Source: Guillardia theta CCMP2712 (Eukaryota > Protista > Cryptophyta). From it: 64,000 nt of DNA. The translations under genes and the position numbers were made by a program. Numbering within the stretch: the first letter of the stretch is position 1; each line of letters starts with the position of its first letter. Below are positions 54,700 to 64,000 of this stretch, piece after piece. The DNA is taken from assembly GCF_000315625.1 (NCBI RefSeq), contig NW_005434641.1, forward strand, positions 139,113 through 203,112, written 5' to 3'. Below the pieces are notes generated by a model. That model did not search any database. It saw only the letters and a list, made by a program, of their open reading frames with translations, and had not been told where the DNA came from.

Positions 54700-56300
54700 C
54701 TGAAGGTCGGTCTTCATTCGAACCATCTGCCACATGCGTCAGAAAAGAGCTGCGGTTTGGAAGGGCTGATAAGAACATTTCGTATTGAACCCGGGGAATC
54801 TCCGGGCACAGAGGTTCCTCTCATCTCTCGATGAGCACGAGAGTTGCTCTGATTCACATCAAGGGAAAATCCTTCGTAGATATGCAGAGGCGCCTGACCC
54901 GCCATAAGAAACAAGCGACATGTGCCTTGTCATCGTGTCACCAAGTACACCGGGCGATGAACGTCGGTCAGTTGTCTTGAGATCCGCTTGGAGTGGCTTT
55001 CATGCTCTGCAAGTAGATTCTTGACCCTGAACGCATGATGAACAATATCAGCTCTGACATGTCGACCTGTCTCTGCTACGGTATAACCTATCGTCCGTGG
55101 AACTTGGTTTCTCCGGCACATCTTTCTCACTTGGCTCGATGGCTCCTTTCAGGGTCGTGAGGTCTGGAGCGCTCTGCCACACTCAGTTCAGCTCTCCGCG
55201 AGCACAAGCAAAATAGCTTCACCCCAAATTCAAGGCGCCTGCTAAGGGACATGTGCCGATATCGGATAGGAGAGACAAACGGGAAAAGATCGTCCATTTT
55301 CTTTCTGCTGTGTTTCTGGAAGGACCTCAACCTTGAATGAGAAATGTCAGGCGTTTGTGCAAGTCCTTGTGATAGATGGAACATGGATGATGCAGAGGAA
55401 CTCTCTCCAGGATGCGGCACGCCATTCAAGAAAGGCTCGGAATCTGCAGAGTCATATTTTTAATACCAGCAGAAGGGAGATCACAACTACCTTTCGTTCC
55501 GCTTGCTTCATCCCTTTCCTGTACCACCGCATTTCTTTCAAGAGGATCAGCAAGATTCATCCACTCCCTGAGCAACACATTCATAGTCATACAGTCAAAC
55601 TTTGCATAGCACAGGGCCTTACGTCTCAGTGTGTGAAACTTCGACGGAAAGGTTGCTGTGCTGCCGTGGATTGGTCAGACCTTTCAATGGCTCTTGAGAG
55701 CTTCTCTTTGAAGACTTGAGGGAAGACGGTCAGCCTAGCTTCCTGGCATCGCTCCCTCCTACCTGAGGAGGCGAAGAAAATTTTGTCGCAATTTCCAGGA
55801 GTCCCTCATCCTTAATCCTGCTCTCGCCGACTGCGCGATCCCTTCCCCTCACATCCAGTCTTGTTGTGCTGAGTGTGAGCTCGCCGCTAGAGCCGATGGC
55901 AGGCGCTGACATGATGATGTCGTTGGCATGCGATGCCAACCTGCCTGTGTGCATCAGCTTCATGCTCGGTCGAGCGAACGAACCAGTCTGGGAGCCGCAT
56001 GAGCGGCTGGAATTTGCAGCATGCTCGTGATTGCTCCCGAGAAGGTCGTACTGGGTCAGGATCGAATGATGGGCCTCTGGCAATACATGGCTCAGAATAT
56101 GCGTCGCGAGCGGTGGGGGTTTGAACTTTGCTCTGTACGCTTCAATAGACAATTCTTTCTCTCTCTTCATCATTTCGATCTGAATCTTGAGGCTACTGCA
56201 TTACGATTGCCTCATGCGGATCAAATCAAGCCATGGACTTCATCCTCTTCGAATTCCGTGCGGCAGAGCCTCTCGCCGCCCCCTCCTCCTCCCCTGCATG
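54700..56300 (-). CDS. Hypothetical multi-exon low-complexity protein
   Basis: ORF 55730..56173 plus downstream pieces with splice-like junctions. Confidence 0.3.
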
Positions 56301-58007
56301 AGGCGTAGATGTCGCTTTATCGCATGTCAACTTGACAAAGGAATCTGTGTAAATGCAGCCAAGAGCACGGGGTGGAAGGATATGCATATTTACTTAGTGA
56401 TAGATATAGAAAATGATGCAGATAGTCAGGGGTTCACGACAACAGGAGGTAGAGCCTTGATGAAGAGCTGAAATAACAAGGGGGTCATGTCAGCTGCTTG
56501 CTGTTGGATTGGTGTTGCCTCTGATTGAAGTCCTGGTGCTGCGGCCTCCGAGCCTGAAGACGATCACTCTGACTAACCGTTGAACCATGATTACTGGCAG
56601 AGTCACTGCCTCAGTGACGGCCAGGCTCGGCGGAGCCCGGGCTCAGCTGGATATCAACTCACGGCGACTCAGTGCGCGCGCGGGGGGGGGGGGTCACTAT
56701 GTGTACTGGCAGGGCCGAGTCACGCGGCTCAGCGGCCGCCATCATAGCATGTTCAACAATGATGTATTAGTATGCTGGCCTGACTGTCAGTGAAGTTCAA
56801 GGCATCAAAGGTGCCGCGCTGTTGATCGGATGGGCCGGCCGCGATGAGCGGCGCGGCTGTGGGGCTGCTACCGTGACGGTGAGCGGCTCAGCGGCTACCG
56901 TACTGACAGCCGCAGCTGTTCAACATGCCATGATGCTCGCCTACCATTCCTAACTGCTGTAGACCCCAGCCGCGCTTCCGAGTCTGCTACTTGACTCAGT
57001 GACAGTCAGGCTGCTGATGACAAGAACCAGCCGCCGAGCAGCGCAGCTGCGGCAGCAGCATGGCAACAGCGGCAGCGGCAGCGGCAGCAGCAGCTAATCT
57101 ACTTCCTCGATGCCATGATGCTTCTAATATTGCTATTACATTGCGGTTCCTGGTGCTGCTCCCGCTACCGTCTCCGCGGCAGCCACAACCACTTATGCTA
57201 CGGCAGAATGTTGTTTCCACTTCTGATACTTCCGCTCTTCCTCTTCATCATGGCCTCCTTGCTGCTCCTGCTCCTGCTCCTGCTCCTTCTCTTAGGTGTC
57301 CATACCCTAATAATTGCTTCGCTAGAAACATCATACTTTGAGGCTGAAGGAGGAGGGGGAGGGGGAGGAGGGGGGGAGGGCACAGGATGGCCGGAATTCA
57401 GTATGAGGATGGCCAGAAGTGCAACTGCTGCATGAAGAGGGTCGGAGGTCAACTCAAGGAGGAGAAGGGAGAGGGGAGAGGGGAGATAGGGAGATGGGGA
57501 GGAAGATAGGGGATGAGGACCAGGAGGGAGGAGGGAGGAGGCAGGAAGACCGAACAAGACCAAAGCAGAGGGCAGTGAGCAGAGGGCCAGAGGGCAGTGA
57601 GCACAGGACAGTGGAGGCGAGGAAGGGAGTGAGTAGCAAGAAGGATGGAGCACACAGATCAGGAAGTGATGAGAGGCGCGGAGGGGAGTAGGAGAGGTCA
57701 CAAGGGAGCAGTCGGAGACCTGGGGGGGTCCAATAGGGAGGAGGGGCGACCCGGCGACCCAGTCTTTTTGGGTCGGAAATCACGTGGCGGGGTTGAGGGG
57801 GGGTCAGGAGCGATAGGAAACGAGGGAGAAGCAGGGAAGGGAAGGGAGCGATGACAGAGACGGAAGAGGAGAGGAGAGGAAACTGTACCCAAGCCCTCCT
57901 CCTCCTCCTCCTCCTCTCCTCCCCTTAAAGGCAAGAGGCTCTTGGTCGTCCTCCTACCACTCAATCATGACCTTTCCTCCACGTGCGTGATCGATTCCCA
58001 TCCAAGA

Positions 58008-59159
58008 ATGGCGCCTCCCCTGATCACAGGAGTGCCGCTGCGGGAAGCCGTGGCGCGGATAGGAAGCAGGAGGTACTGGGAGGAGCTTTGCCCCTACCTG
58101 CATATCGACAACAAGGGGCTCAGTACCAAGAGAAAGCTCAGCAAGGGGGAGCGCGTGAGGGTCAAGCAGGAGCTGGTGGAGGAGGGGTACTCCAAGGTGG
58201 GCGGCTGCGAACTCCTCGACATGTCGCACGTGGAGCTGCTGAGACGAGGGATCGAGGACCTGGTGGCAGAAGGCTGGCCGCCAACCTTCATCGGGCTATA
58301 CGATGAGTGTTGGCAGGCGGTCGGGGCGATGCAGAACAACTTGAAGCAGGTGACGGACGGCAGGAACTCCTGCAACTTCGACGTGGTCGCCTGGCACGTC
58401 GACCCGAGCAAGGGACAGCACGGCTTCTCTCCCCATCGAGACAGGCAGCCAGAAGACTGGGTACCCCGGGGCCTCCCCCATGACGTGGAGGCGACTTTCG
58501 TCAAGGACGAGGAGGGGAACCTTGTGGCCAAGTACGTCACCTGTTGGCTGGCCCTGACCGAGGCCTCTCCTGACAACTCCTGCCTCAACTTCGTCCCAGC
58601 TCCTCATGATCCGGGGTACTACCAAGGGGATGTAGAGGAGCAGGACCCCATGGAGAGAGTGTTCTCATGCAGGAAGGAAGCATATCAGCATATCCGATCC
58701 GTACCCCTCAGCCCAGGAGGATGCACTTTCCACACTCACAGGATCATCCACTGGGGATCTGCAGCAAAGCCCAACGCAGCTTCCCGGCCGAGGATCTCAC
58801 TCTCCTGCGCCTTCAGCACCAGCGACTTTGAGAAGGCGTACGTGCTCAAGGAGGAGGCCCGGAGCTTTTCTCAGTTCGACTTCGATCTCCGCCTGGCCCT
58901 CTGTGCCGGTCAGATGATCAACTATGGCGACCGATTCCTGAACGAGCTGGGGCCCCACGTGCTACGAGTTTATCATCGCGTTTTCTCCTCCCTGTCGCAT
59001 CTCTTCTCCGACGAGTTGTTCTCCTTGGACTACTTCCCTTGTTGTGATGAGGTTCGCAGGTACCAAGCGGAGATCGGCAACAAGTACGTCCAACTTGCAA
59101 GCAGCGTGCAAGACAAGATGGAAGAAGACATCAACGCAACGGCCAAGAAGCCAGGAGAG

Positions 59160-59194
<35 letters not shown>

Positions 59195-59489
59195 TATCCT
59201 CGACTCAGCGCTTGACTCCATCCTCAGGTGAACTACTCTCTTCGCAACTCTTCTTCCTCCTCCTCCTTTTGATTGTGTCAGCAGCGCCAAGGTGAAAGGG
59301 ATGAAGGGCTTTGTGGATGATTTCGAAGACATTTACGGACATGCCGACTTTCCGGCAGATCGCAAGGAGATGCAGAGGAAGCAGAGGAAGCAGCTGCCGG
59401 CCAAGTTCTTTGGACGTGTGTCGCGTATCCGCGGCATCCTGAAGGGTCAGGGATCGAAGAAGAAGAGGGGAGGGAAACGTGGCGACTGA
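58008..59489 (+). CDS. Phytanoyl-CoA dioxygenase (PhyH)-family Fe(II)/2-oxoglutarate oxygenase
   Basis: HxD motif FSPHRD, VTCWLALTEASPDNSCLNFVP, distal His HRIIHWGS and RISLS; two short introns near the 3' end. Confidence 0.85.
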
Positions 59490-59619
59490 GAGGACAGACA
59501 CACAAAGAGGAGCGGGCGGTAGGATCTAAACATTCATTGATTTATATTTACCCCATCACTCATTTCCTCCTGTACAAGCTTCGCACCCAAGTCAGTAAAG
59601 GATTGATAGAGAGTTCGAC

Positions 59620-61150
59620 TTACCTTCTATCAAGTTGTCGTATTCTCAAGGCGATGATGACGGAGATGGTATGGAACGGCATCATCATAGCACAGAGCTG
59701 CCGGAGGGTATCAGGCAGGGTGCCAGGAGCAAGAATCGGCATGCCACACCTCGCTGAAGACTTGGTTCTTCCATATCCAAACCCCGAAGAAGGCGAGGAT
59801 GCCAAAGTCAAGGAGGATCTGAAACGATAACGGTAAGGCGAGCGAAAGAGTCGACAGTCAAGGCAGGGAAGACCAGGAGGTCATGAATGATCTCTGCGTT
59901 TGAGACCAGAACGTTTGAAATCAGGATCCCAGAAATGAAACCTTCCGTCAAGGTGAGCGGTCGCACAGATCCCAACTCAGACTTCACCTCTCCCCGTTGA
60001 TTTCGCCCCGCTCGCTGTCTTGGAGGGCTTCAAACACATTTCAGCATGGGAGAAGGCGCACAGGGACAGCAACCTGCTTGGCCCTTGCTGAGTGCAGACT
60101 GTACGAGACCACAAAGGAACGAGCCACAAACAAGTTTGCCTGCCAGCCATCGTGAGAAGGCAGTCCGGTCCACCGGGAACTGATCTACATGAAAGATGAT
60201 AGAAGCAAGGAGGATGTAGGTTGAAGAGTAAAGAGTTGCCGACGTGTCGATGCCGTCCTGCAATCGAGTGGTGAGTTGAAGGGGAGCAGGTATCGAGGCA
60301 GAAAGACCGAGAAGAAGACAACGGGAGACCTTCCGGCATACACGTAGGTCTCAAAGGCAACCAACCAGAGCTGATCATAATGTTGCTGCGTCACAGCAAA
60401 TCAGCACCTCCTCCTCCTCCTTTCATCATGGGATCTCACGCTAATGATTGAACTAAGATCCCCCTCCCTCTTGCTGTTGCTCCACGGAGTCATCCGCAGC
60501 AAGTGATCCAGGAAAATCAGCAGGAAGCAAAGGATCGACCACCGCGAGTTGACCTGCAAAGTCGGAGAACTGCTCACGTGGAAGCATGAGGAAAGAAGTA
60601 TCCTTACCAAGAGCTTGTCCACAGGTAAGAGGCAGAGCATGACATAGAACGCGTCCACTTTGTACATGCACGTCAAGAGGAGCCTGCCGATCTACCAGAC
60701 ACAGACGTCATATGGACGTCTCGAGTGTCCACTGGAGGCCACGACACCTTGATGCAGCTCATGTGTGGAAGAGGCTCGGAAGGAGAGCTTTGAGGGAACA
60801 GATTCATGATCTGCCGTTCGAACTGCAAGGATGTCAATCCAAGGGAGAACCCATAGAGTCAGAGTGCACAACCATAAAGAAGATGCATATCACGAGAAAG
60901 AGGAAATCAATAGCCTTGAGAGAAGCCCCGAGCACGTTTGTAGTCTGACAGCGGAGGGTTAAGCTCGCAGTCAGATCGAGGATTCACATCGACCTGAATC
61001 ACTAGACATGCGATCTTATGGGCAGTGATGAGATTCGAGTAAAAGGATATCTCAAATCTGTTTCATCACCAAACTCAACTTGTCATGATGCAAATCAGAT
61101 GTTCACCTGGAAGTGTGCAATTTCTTCTCGAGAATCTTAAGTTGGGCATG
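59620..61150 (-). CDS. Hypothetical multi-exon membrane protein
   Basis: Hydrophobic exon fragments (FYVMLCLLPV, SILCFLLIFL, VVFFSVFL); no family recognised. Confidence 0.3.
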
Positions 61151-62315
61151 GGCATGGAGTTGGGAAGACATCGGAATTTTCAGCTTCTAGAGTACCCAGT
61201 GGATTCCAGTTTACATTCTGTGCAGAACAAAGTGATTCTTCGTTGAGGGTTATCACACAAACCATCTATAACATGTACAAGATTGCTTCCTGCAGAAGAA
61301 TTCTCTCTGGTCTGTCAGGTATAGTCTTTTGTCTTCTCTTTCTCCTACGTCATCTATTATTTCATGCTCTTTCACATACTTTCTTTCGACGTGCTGCTTC
61401 TCTTCAAGCATCGCCTCTTCTTTTCCCTTCACTGCCCAAGTCTCCTGCCCAATTTCCTTTGCTTCCTCGCCTTCCTCGTCCCTCCTTCTTCCTCTTGGTA
61501 GCTTCCTCCTTCCTCCTTCCTCCTTCCATCTCCATCATCTCCATCCCCTCACACTGCATTCTTACCCCCCCCCCCCCTTCCTCCTCCTCCTGCTGCCTCT
61601 CACCTTCAGTGCGAGTTCCTGCCATGCGACCGTGACACGGATACTCGTGGATGCCTCCGGATATCCTTTAGTCCGGGCCGAGCCCAGGGCATGCCGGGCG
61701 GCACCCGGCGACGGCTGAGTGACTGCTGATCATCGACTGAGCCACCGAGCGGCCGGGCGCCGCCACCGTGGCACCCGGCCTGACCAGCGTGGCCCGGTGG
61801 GTCCGGCAGGGTGTGATCGGTCGGGAGTCCGCAGCCTCTGTGAATGTTCAAGTTCCGTAATATGGCGAAAGATTAAGTTGACTCAGTGAAGTACTGCTTC
61901 ATTCAACTTGATAGTATTTCAATAGTATCGATCAATCATTGAACGAAGGTTCAACGGTTAGCCTCGCCAGAGGGCCGGGTGCCAGTGCTTCGGTGCTCAG
62001 TCGCCGCTTACTCAAAGTCAAGTTTCATCAAGCCTGCGGACACTCAGGCACGCAGTGGCACTGGGCAGGCTGGCCGAGAGTCGGCGAAGCCTCGGAGGCT
62101 TGACCGGCGGCCGCCGGGGCACTGAACTGAGCACGCGGCACAGGCGGGCCATACGGAGACAGAGCTTCGGACGGCGTGGCACGCTTGACGCTCAGTTTCC
62201 ATCGCGGTTTATCGCGCAGCCTCACGGTGCTGCCACACTCAGCGGCAGTCGCGGCCGAGACTCGGGCTCCCCCTGCGGAAGGCCGTGATAGCCACCGGGA
62301 AGCCAACGGGACCCA

Positions 62316-64000
62316 TCAATCAGCTTCCTCCTCCAAGAGGAGGACGTTGTCTTCAACTGACTCGCTGATCAAACTTGTGAGGCCGCACGAGATCTTGGAG
62401 CGCGTGGCTGGTCCCTGCCGCGTCTCCACGTCAGCAGGTCTCAGCATGCGCCTCTCTGACCCACCTGGATGCGCATCCCGAACCTTCTTGCGACGCTCGC
62501 GAACCCGCCATGGTAGATCTTGATCGCGTGCACCTGCTGACGTGTCAGGCTCACTCCCTACTGCCTTCAGCTGGGCACCAGGTCGGTCATCCCGTGCTGC
62601 TCCATCTGCTCCTCCGTGGGCATGTACCAGAGGCGACGAGGCTTGACGCAGGAGGAGGCGGCAAAGAGATACCTGTTCATCTGCCTGCAGCGTCAGGTGG
62701 GAGGTGCAGGTGGCCAGTCACCTCCACGAGGGCCTCCCGCACGTGCTTCTCGCTCTTGAAGTGGACGGCACTCCGTCGGCGAGGGATCACATCCTGCACC
62801 TGCACCCCTGAAGCATCCCAGGATCTCGACATCTTGCTCCGCTCCCGATCAAAAGAAGAGAAGATGCGATCGGAAGATTGCTCGGCCTCACTGTTCCTGT
62901 GCCCGTAGAGGGAAGGATCGCTGTGCTTCATGCTCTCTCTCCCTCTCCTTCCTGGCTTCAGGGAGACCACGGTGCGAGGACGAGATTTCAGTTCCTGAAT
63001 CCCCGGGGGCTCCACCGATGACTTGGGAACCTGCACGTCAGCCTCTTTGGAAACTGAATGATCTGCCCCTTTCCGCTCCATCTCCATCTCCATCTCCTCC
63101 TCCTTGTCCTTGTCCTTGTCCTTGTCCTTGTCCTTGTCCTTTTTTTTCTTGTCTTCTTGCTCCTCCTCCTCCTCCTCCTCCTCGAAAGAGTTCTGGTAGG
63201 TCAGAGCATCATTTCTTCCACCCGCCATAGAAGGGTCCTCGACTTCCTTCTCTCGCTTCACCTTCCTCATTGAAACCACTTTCTCCTTCTCTGCCTCCAC
63301 CTCTCCAGTCACTGCCACATCGTTCCAGTTTGCCGCTTCGCTGAGTGCGTTCGATCTCGTCATGCTCAGCCTTTCTTCGCTCTTCCACTGCTCTCTCATG
63401 CTCGTCACAGTTTCTTGCTGAGCCCCACTTGTCAGCATCCAAGGGATCAAGCCAACGAGCCTCTGTACCTGCAGCCTGACCAGCTCCTGGGTCGATGTCG
63501 AGAGAGGCTCGAGCGTGAACTTGAGCGCATCTGCAATCTCCTTGAATCCCTACCACCACAGCAGTCAGAGCCGTCACAGCAGACGCATACCAATCATCGA
63601 GACTCTCCCCTCCGTCAGGCCCCCACCTCCTGCATAGCCCTCCTCGCCTCATCCGAGAAACTCTGGCCCCGATGGGTCGAGCTGATTTGCACGTCCTCGC
63701 CGTCCTCCTCGAAATGATACTCCTGCAAGGAGCACTCGTGCTTGAAGTGCTGTATCCAATCGCAGAAACTGCTCGTGCTCTCGCACCTGCCGCCTCCTGG
63801 TCAGGATTCTCCTTTGCGTTCGGACTTCCCACCTGAACTGCAGACGCCGCCGGAGCCCAGGGAGCTGCAAGATGAAGGAGAGAGAGTGAGAGGGATGAGC
63901 TCCGAAACATGCGCCTCTAAGGTTTACGCTGAGGAGGGGGGAAAGTAGGTCACCAGGAGATCGATCGCTTCTGCTGTTGTCGTAGTATTCTCTGCACTCC
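62316..64000 (-). CDS. Partial hypothetical protein with a C-terminal MPTxxQx..GxxDLxxAI..HGGxxxVAxxxG domain
   Basis: Spliced WYMPTEEQMEQHGMTDL|VHAIKIYHGGFASVARRFGM resembles a small helical domain of algal/plant (PTST2/3-like) and cyanobacterial proteins; 5' end outside the window. Confidence 0.6.

Noticed and set aside
57060-57435. Small poly-Ala or poly-Leu membrane protein
   Set aside because: Hydrophobic and Ala runs derive from GCA and CTCCTG simple repeats; no other support.

Overview
Eukaryotic nuclear DNA: gene-dense, with many short (~45-60 nt) GT-AG introns carrying CTGAC-type branch sites, abundant microsatellites and two 100-N assembly gaps. The style suggests a cryptophyte alga such as Guillardia theta (inference, not checked). 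Recognisable genes are an ERMARD/DUF4209 protein, a secreted EF-hand/LRR/MORN protein, borealin, Bax inhibitor-1, a DUF4050 protein, LETM1, proteasome alpha-7 (PSMA3), a Roco (LRR-Roc-COR-TIR) protein, an IRAK/Pelle-like kinase fused to RING1/Rcat ubiquitin-ligase domains, an OTUD5-like deubiquitinase, a collagen-like protein and a PhyH dioxygenase. The main finding lies in the ORF-poor 1.4 kb upstream of the Roco ORF (36.0-37.5 kb). It is a tandem array of 13 predicted 3-nt microexons (AG|NNN|GT), each preceded by a ~80-110 nt intron with a distant branch point. Spliced in phase 2, they encode the loop of an N-terminal CxxC...CxxC zinc ribbon, and no skipping combination can create a stop codon or frameshift. 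This is a candidate splicing-based diversification system for an innate-immune-type receptor. Family assignments are from remembered motifs, and exon models were built by eye with no transcript data.
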